Positions 8,919 to 17,616 of a stretch of 64,000 nt of DNA are shown here, piece by piece (within the stretch, counting starts at the first letter, position 1; every line of letters begins with the position of its first letter). Origin of the DNA: an uncultured Acidobacteriota bacterium (GTDB taxonomy: Bacteria > Acidobacteriota > Terriglobia > Acidiferrales > UBA7541); NCBI GenBank assembly GCA_963768275.1, contig CAVYHH010000003.1, forward strand, positions 44,810-108,809. Direction: 5' to 3'. The notes beneath the pieces were generated by a model. The model searched no databases, was not told where the DNA came from, and saw only the letters and a list, made by a program, of their open reading frames with translations. The position numbers were made by a program, and so were the translations under genes.

Positions 8919-9191
8919 AGGTTGAAACGAAAGAGCCGAGCTCACCGCCGAGTTCAGGTGACTGCGCCCAAGTCCTGGCCCAACTCTCAGAGATGAGAGC
9001 CAAGGTCGATTCTCAGGTAGCAGCACCTACTGAATGAAGGACGCCCAACTTGCACCGAGCGAAACAATCGCTCACCAAAGAGTGCGGATGGAAGGATGGC
9101 GACAGAGGCGGACCGGCTTAAACGGCAAAAACCCCTGATAAGAAAAAGAAAAACCGGCTTGACACTAACCGGCCTTCTCATGGAAGGACTT
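8919..9191 (+). ncRNA. candidate bridge/seek-type guide RNA region in the IS 3' arm (copy 2)
   Basis: A non-coding arm between the transposase stop and the right end. It contains ccaagtcctg (8968-8977, reverse complement of REP tail caggacttgg), ttctcagg (9010-9017, sense copy of the left half-site) and atggaagga (9088-9096, copy of the IS terminus at 9180-9188). Local hairpins lie at 8984-8999 and 9056-9074. Blocks are conserved or variable relative to the deleted relative. Confidence 0.35.
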
Positions 9192-9683
9192 TGCGCGAAT
9201 AGTGTTGGAGCTGTTTGACGAATCGGCTGATCGCATGTATCTGCGAAACCGCTTGTGCATGTATGTACTGTCGGCCCACCAACCACCGAAAACCAAGATA
9301 CAAACGGGTATCGTGATTTCGATGACGAGGATTCCAAGATCATTCAAAATCGAAAATCCTCTCTGGTGATTTAAAAAATAAACCCATTCGGACTGTTTAG
9401 ACGCGCATGCGAGGAGAACGGCCAGGCAAGACACCACGATTACGTAGTTTGCAGGGGAGAGTTTACGAGATGCGCTCCGCCATACAAGCATTCCGTACGC
9501 TGCCACGATGGCCCCTATCACAATTTCGGCACAGAAGAATGCATCGTCCATTTTGAACGGCTGGAGAGTAAAAATACCTCCCGGCGAGTCGAGGCCGAAC
9601 CAGGTAAGACCCTGTGAGAAGAACAAAACACTAGTTCCTAGTAGTTTTTTCCCTTGCTCAGCCTGATAGTAGTTTGTTGTCAT
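9165..9683 (-). CDS. hypothetical membrane protein (C-terminal 8 codons supplied by the IS right end)
   Basis: A 172-aa ORF with several hydrophobic helices in an AT-rich segment. Codons KSFHEKAG plus the stop (9165-9191) lie inside the IS. Confidence 0.55.
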   Translation of the reverse strand: MTTNYYQAEQGKKLLGTSVLFFSQGLTWFGLDSPGGIFTLQPFKMDDAFFCAEIVIGAIVAAYGMLVWRSASRKLSPANYVIVVSCLAVLLACASKQSEWVYFLNHQRGFSILNDLGILVIEITIPVCILVFGGWWADSTYMHKRFRRYMRSADSSNSSNTIRAKSFHEKAG

Positions 9684-9861
9684 TTTGCCAAGTCCGCGAT
9701 TTCTTCCAGACCAAACTGGAAGCCTCCTGTATCCATCCAGGGGCGTGCAGACAATTGTGACTCCTAAATTGAAGGATCAGCTATAGCGCGGAAGTACTGC
9801 TATAGCGGAAGCCACAACTCGTCCCAACGGGCATCACCCACCGTAAGACTGCAAGGCTCGA

Positions 9862-9890
9862 CTCCCGAGAAACGATTTTCAGGACTTGGG
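9862..9890 (+). repeat. REP-like unit with intact (unoccupied) tail caggacttgg
   Basis: Sequence ctcccgagaaacgattttcaggacttggg. The 10-mer caggacttgg lies at 9880-9889. Confidence 0.7.
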
Positions 9891-10037
9891 AAACGCTTGC
9901 CCGAACTAGCTTAAAGCTAAAAAAGGAACCCTCACTGCCAGTGACCGGAGTTGTGATCGCGAGTACAGCCTGCCTTTATCCGATTAGCACGGCAATCGCG
10001 CAATGGATTACGATGGTGGAGAGGAGACCAGCGAAGC

Positions 10038-10634
10038 GTGAGTCTGAAATTGCCAGTCGGTAGGTTTGAAGCCTATTTATTCGATTGCGACGGCACAATC
10101 GTAGATTCGATGCCTCTTCATTATATTGCCTGGAAGAATGCGCTTGCGGAATGGAATTGCACATTTGACGAGCAGCTTTTCTATGCCTGGGGCGGTACTC
10201 CGACAGCGGAGATCGTTTCTTTGCTTAACAAAAGGCAGCGCCTGAGCATGCCGATCGAAGGTGTGGCCTCTCGCAAGGAGGATCTTTATCTCGAACTGCT
10301 TTCGCAACTGAAGGCAATACCTGAAGTTGTGGAGCATATTGAGGCGCAGTATGGGCGGATTCCCTTTGCCGTAGTTTCGGGGAACACCCGTGAGTCCGTA
10401 TCGGCTTCCCTTCTCTCAGTCAAGCTCTTTGATAAATTTGACGTGCTGGTATGTGCTGGAGACTACAGGAGGGGCAAACCTGACTCTGAATCTTATCTGC
10501 TTGCCGCCGCCAAACTCGGAGTCGCGCCCGAAACCTGTCTGGTTTTTGAAGATGCAGACATGGGCATTCAGGCAGCCGACGCTGCGGGCATGGCCTCCGT
10601 GAAAATTCCTCCGCCCTGGGAAAGGGGCGCCTGA
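10038..10634 (+). CDS. HAD-superfamily hydrolase (subfamily IA, beta-phosphoglucomutase-like)
   Basis: A 198-aa ORF with a GTG start. Motif I is FDCDGTIVDS, followed by VVSGNTRES, RGKPDSESYL and VFEDADMGIQAA. Confidence 0.85.
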   Translation: MSLKLPVGRFEAYLFDCDGTIVDSMPLHYIAWKNALAEWNCTFDEQLFYAWGGTPTAEIVSLLNKRQRLSMPIEGVASRKEDLYLELLSQLKAIPEVVEHIEAQYGRIPFAVVSGNTRESVSASLLSVKLFDKFDVLVCAGDYRRGKPDSESYLLAAAKLGVAPETCLVFEDADMGIQAADAAGMASVKIPPPWERGA

Positions 10635-10661
10635 CCTAACTGGAATGCACCAAGTCTTGAT

Positions 10662-10688
10662 AAGTTCGTCTTCTCGGAATGTGCCCGC
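10662..10688 (-). repeat. REP-like unit
   Basis: Sequence aagttcgtcttctcggaatgtgcccgc, the reverse complement of gcgggcacattccgagaagacgaactt. Confidence 0.65.
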
Positions 10689-10949
10689 AGAGCTTACTCC
10701 CACCTTTGCTCACGCTTTACCCCCTTTGCACAGTTTGCAAAACCGATGACCGCAGTTTTGACAGACCTGCGTGAACTTACGTGTCCGCTTTCCGCATTTG
10801 CAGCATTTCAATTGGGTCACTTTTTGCCCACGCGATGTTCAGCCCTTTATCGAAAAAGGCAATACTGGAGCTGGTGAATTGATACGTGATACCGATCCGA
10901 TTCTCATTCGGGCGGTACCTCCGCACTCACTTTACACCCGCAATGGAAG

Positions 10950-11035
10950 CCAAGTCCCGTGAAGTCGCCTTCTCGGAATCTGGTTTTTGGGCTGATTCCC
11001 AGTTACCGAGAACCCCGTTTTCGGAATGTGGCCTG
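10950..11035. repeat. cluster of three REP-like units
   Basis: 10950-10989 is minus-oriented (reverse complement aaaaaccagattccgagaaggcgacttcacgggacttgg). 10994-11014 is plus-oriented (gattcccagttaccgagaacc). 11013-11035 is minus-oriented (ccccgttttcggaatgtggcctg). Confidence 0.7.
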
Positions 11036-11052
11036 TTGCCAGGCGCTGCGGC

Positions 11053-12018
11053 TCAGACCTTGAGCAAGCGCTCCGCATTGCCATGCGAAATCTTGGCTCT
11101 GTCTTCCGCGCTGACTGGCAGAGCGTCCAAGAAGGCTCGTCCCGCGGCGTTCGAGTCGTATGGATAGTCCACAGAAAAGAGAGTCCGGTCGGCGCCGGCG
11201 ACTTGCAAGGCGCAAAGGAATGGAGGCAGTGAGAAACATCCGCTCGTAGTGATGTAGAAGTGCTCGTGAAAATATTCGGCAACGCCGCGCTTGAGGTGCG
11301 CCGCACTCTGGGCCAGGAAAGCATCGGCGCGAACAATGTAGAACGGCAGCGCTTCCCCCATGTGCCCGACAATGATCTTGAGCTTGGGAAAACGGTCGAA
11401 CACACCGGAAACGATCAGGCGCAGGCAGTGCATCCCGGTCTCCGCGTGCCACCCCCAGCCGGCGGTGGAAAGGACAAATCCCGTATTGGCGGGCAATCCG
11501 CCGAAATACGCTATCCTCACTTCCTCCGGCGGCGGCGCGGGGTGCAGGTAAACCGGAACGTCCAGTGCCTGCGCCGTTTCAAAGAGGGGCGCAAAGCGCG
11601 GATGGTCGAGAAACAGGCCGTTGGTGGTTCCGTTGACGAGAGCGCCTTTGAATCCCAATTGCCGGACGCACCGTTCGAATTCGAGGGCCGCCTTCTCCGG
11701 CTCTTGCAGCGCGAGAGTGGCGAAGGCGGCAAAGCGATCCGGGTGGGCCTGCACGGCGGCTGCAAGCTTGTCGTTCGTGTCGCGCGCCAAGGCGATGGCG
11801 ATAGCAGGATCGAGCCTGTCCAGGCTCCCAGATAGTGACAGCACTTGCACATCAATCCCCGCCGCATCCATATCGGCGATCCGGTCTTTTCCAACGTCGA
11901 ACAATTTGTCTCGTTGGGCCAGCCACATATCCATCACAGGATTGCCTGGCCACACTTTTGCCATGGCTTCCAAGAACTCAGGCGTCGAAATGTGCTCTTC
12001 CAGCGTAATCGTTCGCAT
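11053..12018 (-). CDS. amidohydrolase-2 family (ACMSD-like TIM-barrel metal hydrolase/decarboxylase)
   Basis: The ORF track gives 11053..12075. I prefer the ATG at 12018 (MRTITLEEHISTPEF), because upstream DNA belongs to a repeat module. Other motifs are DAAGIDVQVLS, VYLHP, HMGE and FSVDYPY. Confidence 0.8.
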   Translation of the reverse strand: MRTITLEEHISTPEFLEAMAKVWPGNPVMDMWLAQRDKLFDVGKDRIADMDAAGIDVQVLSLSGSLDRLDPAIAIALARDTNDKLAAAVQAHPDRFAAFATLALQEPEKAALEFERCVRQLGFKGALVNGTTNGLFLDHPRFAPLFETAQALDVPVYLHPAPPPEEVRIAYFGGLPANTGFVLSTAGWGWHAETGMHCLRLIVSGVFDRFPKLKIIVGHMGEALPFYIVRADAFLAQSAAHLKRGVAEYFHEHFYITTSGCFSLPPFLCALQVAGADRTLFSVDYPYDSNAAGRAFLDALPVSAEDRAKISHGNAERLLKV

Positions 12019-12056
12019 CGCTCGATCAGGCTCCTGCTGCAATCCGTTGATGGATC

Positions 12057-12254
12057 CGCCGCCCGCATTATGCATTAGGTTCCGGCCCGCCGCGCTTTTC
12101 TTCGCATGCGTGCATTCGCGAGTGCCCGCATCGCCATCCGAACCGAAAATTTCCTAGTGCGGGTCCAGAACGCCAAGTCCCGAAGAACGGAATTATGGAA
12201 TGTGGCCCACTTTACATCGAGGTGGAATTCCCATATTCCGATAAGAAGCCTTCT
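12057..12254 (+). repeat. about 200-bp degenerate repeat module A (contains an inverted REP pair)
   Basis: It aligns with 12737-12935: cgccgcccgca(t/c)tatgca(t/a)taggttcc.., ccgaaccgaaaatttcct, cagaacgccaa(g/c)tc(c/g)cgaagaacgg. It ends in a REP head (gaattcccatattccgataagaagccttct). Confidence 0.65.
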
Positions 12255-12390
12255 CATCCCAACTGACAAACTGGCCTATCGGAATTTAGTCAGTTCCCAA
12301 GTCACAAGGCAAGGTGTTGTGGATCACAGCGTTTCTTCGGCAGATTTGGCACAGTGCAGCCTGTGAGTCACAGGACTCGGAGGAGGTCAT

Positions 12391-12735
12391 ATGAACGTTC
12401 TTGTTGCGGCATTTGACGTCGCGCTCTTCATGGTTGCTGTCGTCGTCCTCGGCCTGGAGGCGCCTTACTGGGGCTACCGCGTGATCCAGGGAATTCGAGT
12501 TTATTCCAAGTTTCGCGGGACCAGGCTGGTGACTTGCCCAGAGACCCACAAGCCCGCAGTGGTTGAAGTGGCTGCCAGGTCTATGGGCATGCAGGCGATT
12601 CTGGACGAGCCTCGCCTGCGGCTCAGTTCATGCTCGCGCTGGCCAATGTGCCGAGACTGCGGACAAGACTGCTTGAGGCAGATCGAAGACCGTCCAACGG
12701 AAGTTAGGATGTCCACCGCCTGGAGGGCTTCGTAA
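12391..12735 (+). CDS. small membrane-anchored Cys-rich protein, function unknown
   Basis: A 114-aa ORF with a strong SD (GGAGGAGG, 5 nt before the ATG). It has an N-terminal TM helix (FDVALFMVAVVVLGL) and C-terminal cysteines (CPETH, SSCSRWPMCRDCGQDC). Confidence 0.6.
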   Translation: MNVLVAAFDVALFMVAVVVLGLEAPYWGYRVIQGIRVYSKFRGTRLVTCPETHKPAVVEVAARSMGMQAILDEPRLRLSSCSRWPMCRDCGQDCLRQIEDRPTEVRMSTAWRAS

Positions 12736-12736
12736 T

Positions 12737-12935
12737 CGCCGCCCGCACTATGCAATAGGTTCCAGCCTGCCGCGGTCGTCCTCGCAGGTTCTAGTGGAGA
12801 TGTGACCGCATGACCACCCGAACCGAAAATTTCCTGGAGCGTCTTCAGAACGCCAACTCGCGAAGAACGGGACTACCGGAAGACGGCCTAGTTGACATCC
12901 TGGTGAGATTCCCACATTCCGATAAGACGACCTCC
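12737..12935 (+). repeat. about 200-bp degenerate repeat module B
   Basis: A direct repeat of 12057-12254, roughly 75 percent identical by eye. It ends in the REP head gattcccacattccgataagacgacctcc. Confidence 0.65.
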
Positions 12936-12954
12936 GCAGCGTCCCACCGTGCTG

Positions 12955-13395
12955 CTAACTGAAGTACTTGTCAGCCAGCGAGCGCATGATTTCACGCCAA
13001 GCGAGTTCCTTTTGCTTTCCGGCCATTTTGAAAACCGGCTTGAACCGGCTGCGTTGATCACCGGAGAGAGTTTTTTCAAATCTCTTGCCCTCATCGGTCA
13101 AATGGATTCGTCTTACCCGGCGGTCTTCGGGGGCGGACGTCAAGGTAACCATTTTTTTTCGCAGCAGGGTCCGCAAAGGCGCATTGACCGCTTGCTTCGA
13201 AGTGCCCAAAATGCGGAGAAGCTCGCCAACGCTCATGCCGGGATTGCGCCGGACGAAGAACAAGATGCGGTGGTGGACTCGAGACAGGCCGCGCGAGTTC
13301 AGCATCCGGTCCGGCCGCGCCACGACGGCCCGAAAGGCAAAATGCAGCAGCTCCAGGGCCTCATCGAGATCTCGCTCGGCTAATAGGTCAACCAT
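12955..13395 (-). CDS. MarR-family transcriptional regulator
   Basis: A 146-aa ORF with a winged-helix region LSRVHHRILFFVRRNPGMSVGELLRILGTSKQAVNAPLRTLLRKKMV..DRRVRRIHLTDEG. Confidence 0.85.
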   Translation of the reverse strand: MVDLLAERDLDEALELLHFAFRAVVARPDRMLNSRGLSRVHHRILFFVRRNPGMSVGELLRILGTSKQAVNAPLRTLLRKKMVTLTSAPEDRRVRRIHLTDEGKRFEKTLSGDQRSRFKPVFKMAGKQKELAWREIMRSLADKYFS

Positions 13396-13433
13396 ATTGA
13401 CATACCCTTTCGACGCTGCTATATTATGTCAAT
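13396..13433. promoter_or_regulatory. candidate MarR operator (9-bp inverted repeat) in a divergent intergenic region
   Basis: Arms attgacata (13396-13404) and tatgtcaat (13425-13433), separated by 20 bp. It lies between the divergent MarR and SnoaL-like genes. Confidence 0.4.
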
Positions 13434-13521
13434 GCTGTTGACCTATTGTAGCAGCGAGGGGAATGCGGCGCAAATTCGTTTTGCGAAGAGGGCTATCGGG
13501 CCGATCGACCCGAAAGAGAGG

Positions 13522-13896
13522 ATGGCGGACATGTTGACCGTAGAACAGGCGCGTGAGTTTGCACATCAGTGGATCTCGGCCTGGAATCTCCACGATCTGG
13601 ACTCCATCGTCGCGCATTATTCCGACGATATCGTTTTTTCCTCCCCCTTCGTGGAGAAACTCGGCGCCGGCGTTTCCGGATCGGTGCGCGGACGCGCGGC
13701 ATTGTTGAAATACTTTACCGCGGCGCTCGGCAAGTTTCCCTCCTTGCGCTTCCACCTGCGCGCCGTTCTGGTGGGCGTCGACACCGTGACGATCCTGTAC
13801 GATAGCGTGAATGGTTTGCTGGCCGCGGAAACAATGGCTCTAGATGAGGCCGGCCGGATTACACGCGTGTGGGCGCAATACGACAGACTTGATTGA
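13522..13896 (+). CDS. SnoaL-like/NTF2-fold protein
   Basis: The ORF track start is 13426. I prefer the ATG at 13522 (MADMLTVEQAREFAHQWISAWNLHDLDSIVAHYSDDIVFSSP), which has a purine-rich SD upstream. Confidence 0.7.
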   Translation: MADMLTVEQAREFAHQWISAWNLHDLDSIVAHYSDDIVFSSPFVEKLGAGVSGSVRGRAALLKYFTAALGKFPSLRFHLRAVLVGVDTVTILYDSVNGLLAAETMALDEAGRITRVWAQYDRLD

Positions 13897-14287
13897 AATG
13901 AGTTGGCATCCAATAGGCCTCGTTTGGTATCCCACGAGTGGGTGAGTTTTAAGTTGAAAAATATTCTAGGGCCGCATATGGGGGCTAGATTCCTATTCCC
14001 AGGGGAGAAGATTGTGAAACGCAATCTCGCTCTGCATGCCGCTTTACTGCGTTCCATTTTTGTAGCACTATCCGAGCAAACCGGCCTTTCCCCTGCTATT
14101 CGGACCCCTGGCAAATCGCGCCGGACGCTGGGACAGGCGAAACACGAACAATCCATGTGCGGTCAAGAGAAGCAGACGCTAAGGCAAGTATTCAGCCACA
14201 TCCCGCTGCATAGTGGCTGCGTCAACAGAGCAGAGGCAGCGAATCAACGATCGACTAAAAATCAAACACAAAGGAGATAAGAATAGT

Positions 14288-15361
14288 ATGGGTACCGCAC
14301 CTCAACCTGCATTGGACATGAACAAACTGAACGCTTTTATCGGGCAGTTCGTCGGCGATCTTGGGGCAGCCGTTCACACGGGAATGGTCGTACTTGGAGA
14401 AAGGCTCGGATTGTACAAGGCGCTCGCCGCCGGGGCGATGAGTTCCGCCGAACTCGCTGCCAAGACTCAAACGGACGAACGCTACGTGCGGGAGTGGCTG
14501 GCTTCACAAGCAGCGGGCGGCTACATCACCTACGATGAGAAGACCAACAAGTTCGGACTGTCTGAAGAGCAGGCCTTCACACTTGCAAATGAAGACAGCC
14601 CAGCGTACCTCCCCGGGGCCTTCGAACTCGCCTTGGGATCGCTGGCAGCGATTCCACGGATAGCCGAGTCCTTCCGCACCGGGAATGGAATGGGCTGGCA
14701 TGAGCATGACGACGGCGTCTTTCACGGGTGCGAGAAGTTCTTCCGTCCAGGTTATGCCGCCAATCTCGTAAGCTCGTGGATTCCCGCGCTCCATGGAGTG
14801 CAGCAGAAGCTGGAGGCTGGAGCGCGAGTGGCCGACGTGGGCTGCGGGATAGGCGCTTCCACAATATTGATGGCGAAAGCATTTCCGAAATCCAAGTTTT
14901 TCGGATTCGACTACCACGAGAAATCGATCGAAGCGGCCCGTGAAGCCGCCAAGCGTGCAGGCGTCGCCGACCGCGTCACTTTCGAGGTGGCTAAGGCCAA
15001 GGAGTTCCCTGGAAAGGACTACGACTTCGTGGCCGTTTTCGACTGTTTGCACGATATGGGCGATCCGGCCGGGGCTGCCGCGCACGTCAGGAAGTCTCTC
15101 GGCAAAGACGGCACCTGGATGATCGTCGAACCCTTCGCGAACGATAATTTGAAGGACAACCTGAACCCTGTGGGCCGGGTTTACTACGGCTTCTCAACGC
15201 TGCTGTGCACGCCGTGTTCGCGGTCCCAGGAAGTGGGACTGTGCCTCGGCGCGCAAGCCGGAGAGGCACGCATCCGGCAAGTGGTGACTTCGGCCGGGTT
15301 CACCCGTTTCCGGCGAGCGGCGGAAACGCCATTCAACATCGTTTACGAAGCCCGTCCTTGA
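14288..15361 (+). CDS. class I SAM-dependent methyltransferase with N-terminal helical/wHTH-like domain
   Basis: The ORF track start is 14213. I prefer the ATG at 14288, which follows AAGGAG. Motif I is VADVGCGIGAS, followed by FGFDYHE and FVAVFDCLHDM. Confidence 0.8.
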   Translation: MGTAPQPALDMNKLNAFIGQFVGDLGAAVHTGMVVLGERLGLYKALAAGAMSSAELAAKTQTDERYVREWLASQAAGGYITYDEKTNKFGLSEEQAFTLANEDSPAYLPGAFELALGSLAAIPRIAESFRTGNGMGWHEHDDGVFHGCEKFFRPGYAANLVSSWIPALHGVQQKLEAGARVADVGCGIGASTILMAKAFPKSKFFGFDYHEKSIEAAREAAKRAGVADRVTFEVAKAKEFPGKDYDFVAVFDCLHDMGDPAGAAAHVRKSLGKDGTWMIVEPFANDNLKDNLNPVGRVYYGFSTLLCTPCSRSQEVGLCLGAQAGEARIRQVVTSAGFTRFRRAAETPFNIVYEARP

Positions 15362-15392
15362 GCTGTTGAGTCTAACCGGTCGCGGGTTACAA

Positions 15393-15411
15393 CCTTTTCG
15401 GAATGTGGCCC
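15393..15411 (-). repeat. REP-like head
   Basis: Sequence ccttttcggaatgtggccc. Confidence 0.6.
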
Positions 15412-15588
15412 GCGAGCCGGATTAGCCAACTCCCCACATTACCTAAAAGATTTCTCGGGACTCTCTACGCCGTCTTAAGAGTCCCGAAATCTCGACCGGT
15501 TGAAGTCTGCCGCTGACTCCACTCGCCATTTACTCCTCATCTAGCCGCTCTGAAACGTAAGCTGGCACACACGTCAACCGGCAATACA

Positions 15589-15616
15589 AAAAGGGCCGGA
15601 TCGCTCAGGCCCTTTT
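15589..15616 (-). terminator. rho-independent terminator-like hairpin between convergent genes
   Basis: The stem aaaagggcc/ggccctttt (9 bp) encloses a 10-nt loop. On the minus strand the GC-rich stem is followed by TTTTT, 25 nt after the stop of the 15644 gene. Confidence 0.6.
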
Positions 15617-15643
15617 GGCTTCTTGTTACCTAACGCGAAGCGA

Positions 15644-16868
15644 TCACTTTGGTGTCACATGGATCAGGGCGCCGGGATTGGCGTCTTCCAGCATCCACAG
15701 CGAGCCATCGGGGGCTTCTTCGATATCGCGGATGCGGTGACCCACCTCCCAGCGTTCGGCGGCCTTGGCGCCGCCATGGCCGTCAAAGACGATGCGGACG
15801 AGCGACATGGTCACCAGGCCGCTGACGAACCCGCTGCCGTTCCATTGCGGGAAGGTCTGGGTGCCCGTGTAGAACATCAGATTGCCCGGCGCGATCACCG
15901 GCACCCAATAGAGCGCCGGCAGCGCAAAGTCGGGCTGCGTGTTGGGCTTTGGAATGGGCACGCCGTTATAGTTGTCACCAAAGGACACGACAGGCCAGCC
16001 ATAATTCTTGCCCTTCTCGATCAGGTTCAGCTTGTCGCCGCCCTTCGGACCGTGCTCGACCTCCCACAATTCGCCGCTAGGCGAAAACGCCATGCCATAG
16101 GGCGTGCGGTGTCCGCTGGTCCAGGTTTCAGCCGGTGTCAGGTTCGGGCCGGGAAACGTATAGGTGCTCACCACCGGCGCGGTTTTGGCGGCTTCGGTGT
16201 CCTTCGGCGGATCGATCAGGGGAATGGTGGCAGCGCCGGTCTGGCCGAAGTTGGGATTGCCGGGGGCGGGTTTACCGTCGAGCGTCAGGCGCAGGATTTT
16301 GCCTTCAGGCTGGTTTGGATCCTGGGCGGGGGTGAACCGCTGGCGGTCGCCAACCGTGAGGAACAGATACTGGCCATCGGGCGAGAAGGCGATCTGCGCG
16401 CCTTCCTGTCCGCCCTTGCCCTTGGGCATCTGGTGCCACAGCACCTCGAAATTTTCCAGTTTAGCCGATGGTGTCGGTAACGGTCAGCTTGGCGCGGCCC
16501 AGTGCCAGGCCGCCGCCATAGTCACCCGGTTCGGCATAGGTGAGATAAATACTCTGGTCGGTGGCGTAATGGGGCGAGAGGAAGACGCCCAGCATTCCGT
16601 TCTGACCCTGCCAATAGACTGGAGGCGTATTCGTCACCATCGCAATCTTCTGTCCCTGTGGTGACACCAGCCAAATGGGCCCGACCTTTTCGGTGATCAG
16701 CATGCGGCCATCGGGCAGGAAGGCAATCCGCCAAGGCAATTCAAATGTGTTCACCGTGGTCATGTTAAAGGGCACGCTGGCTTCGGGCTTCTGGTCCCCC
16801 ACATTGACCTGGGCCCAAGCCCCCGCCGACGACAGGATGATAAGCAACGCCACTCTCGCCAATTTCAT
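15644..16868 (-). pseudogene. PQQ-dependent (soluble glucose/sorbosone-type) sugar dehydrogenase beta-propeller, interrupted by a 1-nt frameshift
   Basis: Two ORFs in different frames. 16461-16868 carries a signal peptide plus PWRIAFLPDGRMLITEK and ends ..GRAKLTVTDTIG*. The downstream frame is open from about 16483, reads ..AKLENFEVLWHQMPKGKGG..FSPDGQYLFLTVGDRQ and runs to 15644. Removing one base near 16459-16463 joins them into about 405 aa. Confidence 0.7.
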
Positions 16869-17208
16869 CGTTATTTCTCCTTGCTTCCCAAGCGCCAGAC
16901 CTTAAGCGATCCGGCGCGCCCCGCACATCCTACTACTACCTTGGGGGTCGTGCCAAATAAGTGCACAATGAAAAGCTTCAGGTGCGTGGAGAGTCCTTAA
17001 AAAAGCGGAGCGCGTCGAGTTTAAAAGAAATGCGGTCAACTTCATCTTTCTGGCTAGGGCCGAGGGTTGTTGCCCCCTAATGGATTGCTCGCACACTGCA
17101 CCAAGATTAGGAGTCGAGCTTCAGAGTTGCCCAAGTCCCGAGAAACGGGATGATCGACAGGTGAGAATTGGAACTGTTACTCGGAACACGGAAAGAAATT
17201 TCTATTTC

Positions 17209-17616
17209 CTAGAAGAAGCGCGGGCGCGCTTCCAGCTCCTGGCCGTCCGGCAGGATCACTTTCTCAAAGCGCATGGTGGGCGAGCCGTCCTTATTGCGAT
17301 TGCCGACGATTGTTACCTGATCGCCGGGTTTGAGCGTGTCCTTGGTCCAGCCGTGATTCGCCAGCCGGTTCGGGCCGGGACCTTCCGCCACCCATTTCAC
17401 GGTGTTGCCGTGCTCGTCGGTGACGGTGAAAGTGATTTGCGCGTGTGGATTGACCCAATCGAACTGCGTGATGGTGGCTTTGAAGGTGGTGTCGTTGCCG
17501 CGGTCGTACATCGACATTGAGTGGTGGGCAAACACCGGCCCGGAAATCAGCAGGGAAGTGGCAAGAACCACGAGGAGCGAAACGATCCTGGTTTTCACCG
17601 TGGCACCTCTCGACAT
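17209..17616 (-). CDS. secreted protein, paralog family A (possibly DUF6152-like); mature N-terminus His-His
   Basis: A 135-aa ORF. The signal peptide ends ..ISGPVFA|HHSMSMYD, followed by FDWVNPHAQI. It is a paralog of 21143-21583. Confidence 0.7.
   Translation of the reverse strand: MSRGATVKTRIVSLLVVLATSLLISGPVFAHHSMSMYDRGNDTTFKATITQFDWVNPHAQITFTVTDEHGNTVKWVAEGPGPNRLANHGWTKDTLKPGDQVTIVGNRNKDGSPTMRFEKVILPDGQELEARPRFF

Larger units (their letters stand above)
7725..9191 (+). mobile_element. IS110-family insertion sequence (IS1111-like layout), copy 2
   Basis: The left end is cagatgggATGAGAAGGCCGGT (IR at 7733-7746). The right end is ACCGGCCTTCTCATggaaggactt (IR at 9168-9181). The 5' arm is 39 nt and the 3' arm is 273 nt. 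Confidence 0.9.

Noticed and set aside
9781-9811. Direct repeat ctatagcg(c)ggaag occurring twice in the 9.7-10.0 kb intergenic region.
   Set aside because: There are only two short copies and no supporting context. This is too little to call a regulatory site.
15623-16480. A 285-aa plus-strand ORF.
   Set aside because: It is antisense to the PQQ-type dehydrogenase C-terminal fragment and has low-complexity Gly/Arg/Ala content.
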